DNA of 64,000 bases, from assembly GCA_964234715.1 (NCBI GenBank), contig OZ174275.1; one strand, given 5' to 3'. Source of the DNA: Podarcis melisellensis. Lineage: Eukaryota. Positions 50,301 through 61,628 of this stretch are shown piece by piece. Numbering within the stretch: position 1 is the first letter of the stretch; each line of letters starts with the position of its first letter. Below the pieces are notes generated by a model that worked only from the letters and a program-made list of their open reading frames with translations, had not been told where the DNA came from and searched no databases. The position numbers were made by a program, and so were the translations under genes.

Positions 50301-51045
50301 TTTAATGAAAGATATTCAGTGAGGTGCGGCTAGTGTAGGAAGTGGTGAAGAGAGTGGAGATGACAGTGCAGGATGCTTAAAAAATGTATAACTGTGGTGA
50401 GCCGACCCTCTAAGGGAGGGGGTGGTATTGTTTATCTGCCCCTCCCCTTAAACCCCACCTTCTTAGATGAGCAGGAAGGCATCCCTGATTAACTTTTGCA
50501 AGAGTCCCACAACACTGGACAGGCTGATACAAGTTGACCTCAAAAGTGCAGCCTGCCTTGCTAGGGAGTCTCTCAGTCCTGAAGGCAAATCTTGAGATTA
50601 TTAGACACTTTTAAGGTAGAAAAGGTAAATTACTACACCCTACCTCCTAAATGTGACCAAATTAATTTAACAGCTCCCACTCATCAACCTATTAATTCAA
50701 CAGCTCCCACTCACCAATCTATATTTATCAAGATAGAGGACTTAAAACAAAACATGGACTAGGCAGAACACACACAATTTGTCAGCTGAGCCAACATGAT
50801 AACACGCCAGGAACTCCTACTCATCCCCACATGATGCCAAGCAGAGGAGCTTTTTACTCAAAGAGCTTGCACCTCTTAACAGCTATCCTGTTTGAATCTG
50901 AATATAGATAGATATAAAAAGATACAAGCTCCCTAAGGAATATTAGTTGCAAAATCTTTTGTCCGCTTCTAATCCTCTTTCTAGGAAGCTTCCCGAAACC
51001 TTTTTCACTAGTGAAGTGATGCTCAGAAATCTGAATTGCAACTTA

Positions 51046-51206
51046 CTGTATATTTCCATCTATAAGTCACCCCCATGTATAATACTATTTTGGGGGACTC
51101 AGATTTAAGAAAATGGGGTGAGGCACTATCCATGTATAAGACGCCCCCTAATTTTTTACATCATTTTTTAGGGGAAAAACCTAGTCTAATACACAGAAAA
51201 ATACGG
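51046..51206. mobile_element. Tc1/mariner (Tc2/pogo-like) MITE
   Basis: TA|CTGTATATTTCC...GAAAAATACGG|TA; internal CCATGTATAAGAC repeats. Confidence 0.7.
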
Positions 51207-52472
51207 TAATTGTCTCTGTTCAGTAAGTCTCAACATTTAAGATTGCATTCCTGTAGCCAGTTACCTGACTGTAAGTAAGCCCCAGTGAACTCAATGGGAC
51301 TTAACTCTTCAGTAGGCACAAATAGCACGTTTAGCCTTCCACAGAAGAGTCATATATTGTTTCCAGCTCCTTCAAAAAATCAGTATGGAACCAGCCTGAA
51401 ATATTTCATGCAGTCTTATCAAGAAACATTTTTTCTTCCTTCACTGAAGGTTTTGCCCACTTAGAAGACTTTGCACTCATCTTTATTATTATTTTTTCTA
51501 AATTCAATGAAAATACTATAGTTAAAATGTGTAACATGTGTAGCTTTAAGTCAGTCCTCAAGGAAGCTAGCATTCCCTTTCCAATTAAAATACGGCTCTG
51601 GAAGTGAGAAGAGCATATTGAAGTGAATTTTAGTTCCATATAATGAAAGCTATAATAATCTTTGTTTCTGAAAAGGAAGCCACAGTGATTAAATATGTAA
51701 TCATTATAACAGCATGATCTTAAACACTGAATAAAATACCAACTGGACCCACCTCAGGTGCCTAATTCTTGTGGAGAACGAGAGCCCAGTGAACAATTTA
51801 ATTTCAAAATTAATAGGTGGTTAGTAAGAAGCTAGGGACGAGAGCATATAAAGCATTGAACATCAACGAAAAGATAGGGGGGAGATGCCCCAAGTTTGAG
51901 TCCATAATCTACGTAATTTAGGTATGAATGGATTTGTTCACACATAACAAAATGCAGATTACGGTATTCATAAGACTGTGGTAAAATAGGAATATAAACA
52001 AAAAATTGGGTAAGACAAGGTTAGTTTTGCTTAATTAGACCAAATTCTTTTTTGAAAAAAGTAAAGCATTTCCCAAAGTGATGGTATTATAACTCACATT
52101 ACTGACAGCAAAAACAGATGTAGTTTTTGTTTCATAATGACTTAATAGAATAATAGAAAGCAAACTTACAGTCATTCCCTTTTAAAAGGGCAGACAGCTT
52201 AGTAAAATATTTGGAAATATTTTGTTATTAATTGGTGCTTCATAAGGCAGTATAGAATCAGGACAGCATGGGGAAGTGTTTGAAGACCCCAGACTGTATT
52301 TGGACCTGAAAGACCAAAGAAAAGTGTGGGTGCATAGAGAGGAAGTTTTAAGCAAGCATAATTTGTGGTGTTGCACAGCACCATAAATGATCATGGGGCA
52401 CATCTGTAAAGGCATCAACCTTTAGCCTCGTTCAGGGAGCTTGATGCAACATAAAATAGCTTTTTAACTGTA

Positions 52473-52702
52473 CAGTGGTACCTCAGGTTACAGATGCCTC
52501 GAGTTACAAACACTTCTGGTTACATACACTTCAGGTTACAGACGCTGCTAACCAAGAAATAGTACCTCGGGTTAAGAACTTTGCTTCAGGGTGAGAACAG
52601 AAATCATGCAGCGGCAGTGGGAGGCCCCATTAGCTAAAGTGGTACCTCAGATTAAGAACGGACCTCCAGAACGGATTAAGTTCTTAACCCGAGGTACCAC
52701 TG
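52473..52702 (+). mobile_element. Tc1/mariner (Tigger/pogo-like) MITE
   Basis: TA|CAGTGGTACCTCAGGTTA...TAACCCGAGGTACCACTG|TA. Confidence 0.93.
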
Positions 52703-52810
52703 TAGTCTTACTGGCAGGTTTTTTGATCGTTGGAATTTTCTGGCTTTCGAAAAGGAAATATATTAAGGTGCTATAGTCTTCAAACACAGGTGTTTCTGCA
52801 TCTCAGACCA

Positions 52811-52875
<65 letters not shown>
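52811..52875. repeat. Compound (GT)n(GA)n microsatellite
   Basis: Direct observation. Confidence 0.98.
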
Positions 52876-52876
<1 letters not shown>

Positions 52877-53104
52877 AGTAGTGGTTGGCAGGGGGCGGAG
52901 GAAGGGTAGAGGAATTGCACAGCTGGCTTCCCAACACAGAACTCGCAGCCCTTTGCTCTTCCCCTCTCAGTAAGCAGCAGCTGTGCTCACCTTGGGAAGC
53001 CACATGGACAACACCACCCTACTTGTACTACCCTGCAAACAACTACTGTGTTGCAGGATGTGTTTGTGTCAGGGTATGGAGGTGCATTCCCTTCATGCAG
53101 CTAC

Positions 53105-53885
53105 AAATGCACTTCGAGACCCCCAACTACCCCCAAAAAATGAAGACACAGTGACACAGGATTTTAGTTTAAGTTACTGGGCAAAATTTAGGCCACAGCT
53201 TTATTGAATACAGAATGTGAGTGGTATTGGCTTAGGCACTGGAATCATCCAAACTATATCAGACTCCCACCCACACCGTGGGGAATCTGATAAAAGGGTG
53301 AAACACCGCCAGAGGGAGCCCCACCAATGTGAACCAACTTGATTTCATCCCTGGTGCCCCCGTGGAGTCCTGGTATGGCCCTAGCCCTCTACCACTGGGT
53401 TTCGGACAAGACCCACCCCTGATTCCTTTAACAGAATACCCTTGAGCTTGGAGGGGTAGGTGATGGCTGCACCTCCCCTCCCCACACATTGCTGATTGAA
53501 TGCCTAACCGCCAAACCTTACAACGTTGTGACGATTGTTACGCGGTAGGCGAAAACCAAATGGCTCTGCCAATCTGCCAGATGGAAAAATTCCTACCAGG
53601 CCCCAATTGCAAAACTGGTGACCAACAACGTCTATAGCAAGGCCAATGCACCAGATAAAGGGGGGGGGTGATCCACTGTGCAAAGGCAAAGAGGTCCAGC
53701 AAACATCGCACAGGGATTAAATATTGTTTCATGACCACCCCCCAAGCCAAGCCATTGGCTTTAGAGACCAAGTGACCATGAAACGACAAACCAGAGTGGT
53801 GCAGGGCATAGCCCTGCCCATACCAGGAGGTGGGAGATGCCTGGGGGCCTGAGCCCTCCTTGAAGAGGATCTGATTTCCCATACT
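53105..53885 (-). mobile_element. Probable DIRS/Ngaro-type retroelement 3' portion
   Basis: Minus strand AATAAAGCTGTGGCC...TGTGTCACTGTGTC...GGGGTCTCGA resembles reptile DIRS/Ngaro 3' termini (from memory). GC-richer than flanks. No coding motif confirmed. Confidence 0.4.
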
Positions 53886-55298
53886 GGTTTAACATTCTAT
53901 ACCTCTTAACAAGGCACTCTGGCACCTGTAGCTGTGAGGGGTCACTTAACTCTCATGACTCTTAACAAACTGCAGGTCCCACAGCTCTTTGTGGAAAGCC
54001 ATGACTGTTAAAATGGAATTATAATGCTTTAAATCTGTGTATGTCCCCGTCCCCCACCCAACTCTTCTCAGGCTAGAAGCAGCAGGAAGCTTGCTCTTTG
54101 TTGTTTGCTATTACCTCTCAGGAAGCATAACCCACTGAGACTGTATCTACTAATAGTTTTGTTTCCATATTATGATATCCATTCTCTTTTAATGGAATGA
54201 AACTGAACATTACACAATCTTTAGGGTATTCAGGCCTTCTAATAACTTGCCCGCTTCAACTGTGTGGGGGTTCAGTGATGGCATCCCTCAACTGCCATTC
54301 TTTGGTCTCTCTCCTTCCCTGTCCAACAATCTGCCATGGATAGGACAGATTGCTGTTGCCACAGGTCTGAGCTGATTGCTTGAGGAGGGCTTCTGAAATT
54401 AGGCCAAGAGCCATTTGAAATTAGGCTGAGGGCTGCATGTGGCCCACCTCTGATCTAGGCCAATAAAAAATAAGTTGTCCCTTAAAGCTCTGGCAATACC
54501 ATTTCACAGAATAATTCCATACACCACAGTAAAGGGAAGTGTGTAACAAACTAGAAGCATGAATTCTTCAGTTTCTCACAGCGAAATAAATACCCAGTTG
54601 TCCAGTTTATATTATATTTATCTGAAAGTTTTCTGTAGTTAATAGTTGTCGTTTTGTGGTAGTGATTGTTTTTTTTAGTAGCTTGGTTAAATTCTAAGCT
54701 TCATTGACCTATCTGATTCTTTCCATTTTTCAGAAATTATTTCTTCTGGGCATATTCTTTTCTGAACATGGTTTACTGCCTGCTCAGACACACACTCCAT
54801 TGCTTCTAATCAATTCTGACTATCCTTGTATGATATTTGTATGGAGCGCTGTCAGCTAAAAAGTAGCTGAAGCAGAAGACCTATTTCTTCACAATGGAAT
54901 GCTAGAAAACTCATCCCTTTGACTCCCCAAATGCATTTGAAGGTAGACAAATACAGTACTGTACAATGGATTTCCAGTGATGCCTGCTACAGCATGCATA
55001 CCTATCTGGTATATCAAAAGATGTTTAGCTGAAAATCTTCACCAAACTGAGTGGTGTGTCTGCAGGACATGCACACATTAATTCACTCACACTGTAAACT
55101 GTTTTTCCTTCAGGGGGGGGAAATGGTCTGAGATTATGTTAGGTGAGTAAACATGTTTAGCTCTAGGTCAGGCATTGTAACAATAATAACATCAGTAAAT
55201 TATTTCTAGCCCAGTCTCTGTCACGTATTCTCGCTAAGAAACTTGTTGGCAAACATGACCCTTTCTTACGCTTCAAGAAACTGAACTCTGTTTGGCTA

Positions 55299-55378
55299 AT
55301 TTGCATTGTGTTGTCACGTGTTTCCCGCTTTCCTGTGTGGTGAGTAATTTACAGAGTTGTTGCTGTTTGAATTTGGCG
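55299..55378. promoter_or_regulatory. Dense TF motif cluster (octamer, E-box, E2F, ETS, CHR-like)
   Basis: ATTTGCAT 55299-55306, GTCACGTG 55313-55320, TTTCCCGC 55321-55328, TTCCTG 55330-55335, TTTGAA 55366-55371, TTTGGCG 55372-55378. Confidence 0.3.
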
Positions 55379-55761
55379 TCCTAACCTTTGGATGAGAATA
55401 GAGACGGACTGATAATTTCTACTGTTGACCCACTTTTGAACCCTTTGGGGGGGAGGCAAAAGGGGGTTCAAATCTACTCACTGTGGCCCCCATTTCCACA
55501 TCTAGGCTATTCTTAATGCTTGCTCTGGTGGCAGCTGCTGGTTGATCGACATCATTTGCTACTCTAAATTGCCTCTGTAAGTGACAGTACATTATGATAC
55601 GGCTTCAGTCCCAAGGCTATTCTGGGGATAGTGGAGGGGGGGGCAAGAACCCACCTGGAATGCTGTTCTGAACAAGACTTGGTGCTGATGTAGCTGTCAA
55701 GAATTCTGCTCAATATTGATCCAGAGCAGATTCCAATGTATAGTTAGCAGAGTAAAATAAA

Positions 55762-56240
55762 TGTAGCACGTTGCAGGATTAAAAAAAAAATAGACCAGAG
55801 GCAATTAATATTTCATCCAGCAGAGCTTTACTGCCACTGAAGGTAAATGAGCATTAACGGTCACAAATCCATACCTTCAGGATTGGCAATGTCCATAAGA
55901 AATCCAGTTGCAGCAGTCTTAACTTAAACTTACAATAACTTACAATAGGACTAAAACCTTAACACTAAGCATACCATGTACAGAACACACTACAAGGAAA
56001 GAGAGAGAGAAACTGAAACTCAGGCTGCTTCTGACCTATTATTGTAGTCAGCATGACTTTGAGTGAAAGAGATAACAGAACCAGCTTAAACCAGCTGTTC
56101 AGCTTCTCTGAAGGAATAACCCAAACATCAGGAACCTTCTGCCTGTTTCTAGACAGAATAGAAACTTGCTTGTCTGTAGAAACTTCCAGCTTGCACTAGC
56201 TTGTATCACACAGAGAAGCTTCCAGAACCCTCTTGAATCA
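55762..56240 (-). mobile_element. Probable solo LTR
   Basis: TG...CA termini with 5-bp ATAAA flanks (55757-55761, 56241-56245) and LTR-like composition. The AT-rich TSD could be chance. Confidence 0.45.
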
Positions 56241-57724
56241 ATAAAATAGGAAAGATCCTATTCTATTCTAAATAGGAGAGCTACATTTCAGCTAAGCCCT
56301 AGATAGGACAGCAATAGAGACTTGTCATTTCAAAAATATTTATGCTCTCTCTTTGTAGAGATCCAGTGGAATAGTGACACTTTCTTCAAGATCTGATGCA
56401 TCTCATTTCAGATTCCTTGCTATTCCCTAATTATTGGCAGCCATCAGCCAGCCATTGTGGGCTGTTAACTAGCATTCTGTCTCATAAAGGAATTGTAAGG
56501 CAGAAACCACAATAGCACAGTTTGCCAGTAAAGTTTAAAACTCTGCTGCTATATTATCTCTTCTCCCTGAAGACATAACCCAAGATAAACAACTTTACCT
56601 TCACTACTAGCCAGCCTAAGGATTTTATTTCTCCAGTTACTTTTATCCCTTTCTCTCTGTTTTGTTTTCTTTGCACATTTGCATGTGAAATGAGAAAATT
56701 TTGCATTAGCTTGGCGAACTAGCTCCTTGGGACATTTATACCTTGTACTTGGCACTGTGCTGTTGAAGCCTATAGACCATCCACATGATGAGCTATTCAA
56801 TGCATGTCTACCAATTTTAAGATTGCTTCTTAACATCTGTTCAGAATTTGTTCATCCTGATGGCCCAGACATCCTTTGTGCTTGGCTGAACATGGTAACT
56901 TATGATTACTCCATTTATGCCAGTTAAAAATCTAAACAAGTGCATCAGTGTGCACTCTGGTTTGTTTGCCTTTATGAATATATTGAGTTTAACTTTTTGG
57001 TGCCTTTGGGGGTTTCATTCTGAAATGCAAGAAACTCTTTTAGACAACAGCTACAGCATTATCATATGGGAAGCAAACAAGTGTTCTCCCAAGTCTGTCA
57101 ACCTCCCCTTCAACTTTCTGTTATTACATTATTATCTATCACTTCAAGTTAACGCTGGTGCTACATGTAAAAAGGCACTTTATTGCTAGATTAGATTAGG
57201 GTGCCCATATGTACTACTTTCCAGAGGTCAGTTGAAGGGCTTTCCAGTCCGAATCCAGTTTAAAACTTTAAATTATAGTCACTGCCCCACAAACACTGCG
57301 TGTCTCTGCCTTATGGATGGGCTCAATATGCTCCCAACTCACCAGAGTCCCCAAGGGAGCAGCACAAAACAGATTGTGGCACCGCACAAACACCCCACTT
57401 GTTAAATTTCCTCAGTCCTTCCCCTTTCCTGCTGGTCTAGTAGGGGAGATGGTGGCTTAACAATCAGCCCCTCTCCCCATGGAGCTCTGAGAATTATAGG
57501 GGCTTTCCTAACAGCTAACTACAGCTCCCAGGATGCTCTGGGGGCAGCCATGATTGTTTAAAGTGGGATGATACTGCTTTAAATGTGTACTGCAGATGGG
57601 GGGGGTCTTACTAGGCTGGCTCTGTCAGCTGTGATAGAAAGAGCAGCACTATATGAAAAGACAGAAGTGGAAACAAAAAAATGCCTTCCAGTAGCACCTT
57701 AAAGACCAACTAAGTTAGTTCTTG

Positions 57725-57762
57725 GTATGAGCTTTCGTGTGCATGCACACTTCTTCAGATAC
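57725..57762 (-). ncRNA. Minimal type-I hammerhead ribozyme motif, intact core
   Basis: Minus strand GUAU CUGAAGA A GUGUG-CAUG-CACAC GAAA GC UC^AUAC: CUGANGA and GAAA core, 5-bp stem II, stem I GUAU/AUAC, loop-less palindromic stem III (AGCU). Predicted cleavage between 57729 and 57728. Confidence 0.8.
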
Positions 57763-57768
57763 TTCTTC

Positions 57769-57806
57769 GTATCTGAAGAAGTGTGCATGCACACAAAAGC
57801 TCATAC
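57769..57806 (+). ncRNA. Hammerhead motif with G12A core mutation (predicted inactive)
   Basis: GUAU CUGAAGA A GUGUGCAUGCACAC AAAA GCUC AUAC; GAAA is changed to AAAA at 57795. Confidence 0.65.
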
Positions 57807-58506
57807 CAAGAACTAACTTAGTTGGTCTTTAAGGTGCTACTGGAAGGCATTTTTTTTGTTTTGACTATGGCAGACCAACACGGCTACCTATCTGTAGACA
57901 GAAGTGGGTGACTGTATACTTGAGAGAAAGGATATATACATTAAGATTGATGTGTTGATGCTTATTATATTCAATCTTAATATGAGATTATGGTGTTTTT
58001 TCTCCTTTATGTGTCTTTCCCTTTTCTTTTATTCTTTCTTTCTCTGTTAAATATGTTATAAAATTAAAAATAATTTTCAAAAAATAATCATCAACCCAAA
58101 CAAAAGACCTCTGAGCTGATGTTGGGAGGAAGCCATCGATGCAATGCAATGCATTCCTTCCAAGGCAAACAGCAGCATCTGAAGAATGATTTTTCACCAG
58201 GATTGCAATTGTGGAGAGGCAGATTAAAGGTTTGTTCCCCTTCCCACTTGATTTGCTCCCAGTGGCTGCTGTCTTCATTTTTTTTAACAACACTATGAAC
58301 ATTATATACAAATACATATTTAATGTCATGTCCAGCTTGGCTGTCAGTTTGTAGCGAAGGTCTATCTAATCAAACTACCCCATTCAATCCCTGCCCAGTC
58401 TAAAGCCAGAATTGCTTTGAGAAATTGCTTAATTGAACTCACTTGTGTGAAAATGCAAATTATGCAATGCATTTTTTAGCCTTCCAAAGTTGTAAACTGA
58501 AAAGTT

Positions 58507-58639
58507 NNNNNNNNNNNNNNNNNNNNNNNNNNNNNNNNNNNNNNNNNNNNNNNNNNNNNNNNNNNNNNNNNNNNNNNNNNNNNNNNNNNNNNNNNNNNNN
58601 NNNNNNNNNNNNNNNNNNNNNNNNNNNNNNNNNNNNNNN
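58507..58639. other. Assembly gap (133 N)
   Basis: Run of N. Confidence 1.
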
Positions 58640-59329
58640 TCTCTGCTTCAATCATACCCCTTCTTTATTTTTCAATAGCAGCAGTGCTTTATGACACAGT
58701 GATTCATGCCATCCTCACTACTGAGTTCAAGCTGCTTCACAGCAGTTTTCAGCAATGCAAAATGAAATATAAGTGGTAATTTCAGACAGTAGGGAATGGT
58801 TCATTCAGGATCTTGGGTAAGCAGGTGTGACCTAGGCAGACCTACATGATAAACTAAACATTTTGTCTGGGAGTAGTCTTAAGCCTTTGCTCTGAATCTT
58901 CAGACAGTTTGTACCAAACAATTATATCCTAATTAAACACTGAAATGCTTCTTTCTTACCAGCAAACCCTTACACAAATTCTTCCTGTACCCTATTAAGG
59001 TCTTTTCCTAGTGCCAGAGCAGCACTGCCAAAAGCTGCTTCTGCCTTGGCAAGGGGATGGGTGAGGTCTGGCTCCCAGCAGTAGAAGCTGAATCTAGGAT
59101 CCCAGCATTTGGTTTTATATTTTGATGGTGCTGTGCAGAGGGGCATAGAATTAGACTCCTACTTTCATAGACTTCAATGGGAAAGGGGCAACTTAAATGT
59201 AAGGATGTCACTTTTAGTGATTCATGGCTCTCATTGTACATTCTCAGCTGCCGTCTCATCAGAGATGCTTTCCTCTAAAGAGATTTAGCCGCTTACATGC
59301 TTTGCTTTATATACAGACCTTGAACATCA

Positions 59330-59567
59330 GGTACCTCAGGTTAAGTACTTAATTTGTTCCAGAGGTCCGTTCTTAACCTGAAACTGTTCTTAACCTGAAG
59401 CACCACTTTAGCTAATGGGGTCTCCTGCTGCTGCTGGGCCGTTGGAGCACAATTTCTGTTCTCATCCTGAAGCAAAGTTCTAAACCTGAAGCACTATTTC
59501 TGGGTTAGCAGAGTCTGTAACCTGAAGCGTATGTAACCTGAAGCGTATGTAACCCGAGGTACCACTG
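59330..59567 (-). mobile_element. Tc1/mariner (Tigger/pogo-like) MITE, left TIR disrupted
   Basis: Reverse-complement match to 33237-33462; right end GAGGTACCACTG|TA. Confidence 0.9.
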
Positions 59568-59823
59568 TAATGCAATCTGATGGTGAATTTTACCAAATAT
59601 TGTTATAATGATAAAAGTCACAAAGTTGTATATCCAAATTGCATATAATGCAGTGCACTAATACAGTGGATAATGCCTTGACCTATGAAGCAATATGTGT
59701 TCACAGAGCCAGACTTTCATGCACACTTTCATCTCTATGATTCAGACTGGATATTGAAGAGCTATGTATCAACATTGCAAAGTATGACAAGTCATCCAGT
59801 GGGAGTGTATAAGTCCCATCTAC

Positions 59824-60058
59824 AAGAACATAGGAAGCTGCCTTTTATTGAATCAGACCCTTGATTCATCTAGCTCATAAGAATAATAATTTATTATTTA
59901 TACCCCGCCCATCTGGCTGGGCTTCCCCAGCCACTCTGGGTGGCTCAGTATTGTCTACACTGACTGGTAGCGACTTTCCAGGCTTTGGAGACAGAAGTAT
60001 TTTCCAGATCTTCCTGGAGATATCTGCAGAAGCTCTTCTACTGAGCTAAGGCCCTTCC
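59824..60058 (-). mobile_element. tRNA-headed SINE with a nested short L2 3' end (59878-59942)
   Basis: Head (minus) GGAAGGGCCTTAGCTCAGTAG. The insert TTATTATTTATACCCCGCCCATCTGG...CTCTGGGTG is the reverse complement of the L2 tail and is flanked by GCTCA (59873-59877, 59943-59947). Confidence 0.75.
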
Positions 60059-60504
60059 ATATTGAAATGTGGATAGGATGGATAAGAATGCACATTGCTG
60101 CCTATGACTTGGACCACTAATCATGCACAACACCTTGTTTTGTGTAAGTACAGCTGGACTGGAGCCAGTAAATATATTCTAATACCACAGCACTTGAAAA
60201 AAGACATTTAAGACAACATAAAGGAAAGGGGGAAATTGATATAAAAGATGTAGATTTCAGCATCTTACAAGTGTATAGTGCTTGTGCTTTTATACTTCTT
60301 TATCATCTGCAGGATGATTGTTAACAAAGGCTTTCCCCAGTAGCTTGTAAGCAAAATGAAAGAGAAGATTTAATATGGATAATATGAAGCTCTTACCTAT
60401 GTGCCAGAAAGCAGCTGATAAGGTTTTTCTTTGTGAAGTGCCGTTTATATTCACAGGTGAGAGAGTACAGGCCATTTCCTCTAAGGACAGATTCATCTTT
60501 GTGG

Positions 60505-60796
60505 ATAGAATCACAGAATTGTAGAGTTAAAAGGCACCCCCCAAGGGTCTTCTAGTCCAACCTCCTGCAATGCAGGATCTCAGCTAAACCATTCATGAAA
60601 GATGGCCATCCAACCTCTGCTTACAAACCTCCAAGGAAGGAGAGTCCACCACCTCCCAAGGGAGTCTGTTCCATTGGTGAACTGCTCTAACTTCAGAAAG
60701 TTCTTCTGCTGTCACTTGAATCCATTGGTTCAGACCCTATCCTCCAGAGCAGGAGAAAACAAGCTTGCTCCATCTTACATGTGACAGCCCTTTAGA
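60505..60796 (-). mobile_element. CR1 LINE 3' fragment
   Basis: ATAGAATCACAGAATTGTAGAGTT...CTAGTCCAACCTCCTGCAATGCAGG; matches 24578-24912. Confidence 0.88.
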
Positions 60797-61114
60797 AATG
60801 TGCTAATTTTTTTATTTTACTTTGGATGCCAAACACTGACAAAGATCCAAAGGGGACCCCCCCCCCCAGAAGTTAGCTTCTACAGGTAAACCACTCCTGA
60901 AGCTTTAATTCTGAAGTGGCTTGCTGGACATCATGGGTGAAAAGGACAGCCTTGGAAAGAGAGTCTTCAAGAGTCCAAGGTCCCCCATTCCCATTATGGT
61001 TAGGAAATCCTTTTTCTATGAATCTTAGCATAAAACAATTGCTAACTTTTAGTTGGACCCAGCATCCCAGAGAAGCAGTAGAATATAGGAGCAGCTCATC
61101 GTTGTTGCTGCAGA

Positions 61115-61242
61115 GGCAAACTCAGCCCTCCAGATGTTTTGGGACTACAACTCCTGTCATCCCTAGCTAACAGGACCAGTGGTCAGGGATGATGGGGGTT
61201 GTAGTCCCAAAACATCTGGAGGTCCGAGTTTGCCAATGCCTG
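61115..61242. mobile_element. hAT-type palindromic MITE (family of 17224-17359)
   Basis: GGCAAACTC.G.CCTCCAGATGTTTTGGGACTACAAC / GTTGTAGTCCCAAAACATCTGGAGG.CCGAGTTTGCC inverted arms. Confidence 0.85.
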
Positions 61243-61419
61243 TCTAGCCTGACACAGGATGGAGGAGAGTAGTCGTAGTCATCACTCAAACACTTCATGT
61301 CTCAATGAGCCATCAAAGAGCAGAATATTCACATCATTGGACATCACCGCAACAAACACAATATTTTTCAACTGAGTTAACATTTTCAGCTGTAAGTCAT
61401 AAAATGATGACAAATCCTG

Positions 61420-61628
61420 ATGTAGTGATTAGAGTCTCTGACTAAGGCTGATTGAAATCCCCACTCAGCTGTGAAATTTGCTGGGTGATTGGGCCAGTCA
61501 TTGTCTGTCAGCCTAACCTACCTCATAGGGTTGTTGTGGGGATAAAATAAAGGATAGGAAAGCCATATATTATTATAAGCTACCCTGAGTTTCTTTGAGG
61601 AAATGTGGGATAAAGATGTAATCTAAAA
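61420..61628 (+). mobile_element. MIR/Ther1-type CORE SINE
   Basis: TGTAGTGATTAGAGT A box, TTGAAATCCCC B box, GGGTGATTGGGCCAGTCA core, CCTACCTCATAGGGTTGTTGTGGGGATAAAA. Confidence 0.75.

Larger units (their letters stand above)
57671..57895 (+). mobile_element. Penelope-like mini element forming a ~92-bp-arm palindrome with two inverted hammerhead motifs
   Basis: 12-bp TSD AGACAGAAGTGG (57659-57670, 57896-57907). Arms 57671-57762 and 57769-57861 (1 substitution, 1 indel) with loop TTCTTC. Terminus CACGGCTACCTATCTGT. Confidence 0.92.

Noticed and set aside
50393-50831. Solo LTR bounded by TGTGG...CCACA
   Set aside because: Flanks do not match, and TATA/polyA signals are not convincing; left uncalled.
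57671-57861. microRNA precursor
   Set aside because: The near-perfect long hairpin is explained by inverted Penelope termini with a TSD; there is no evidence for miRNA-type processing.
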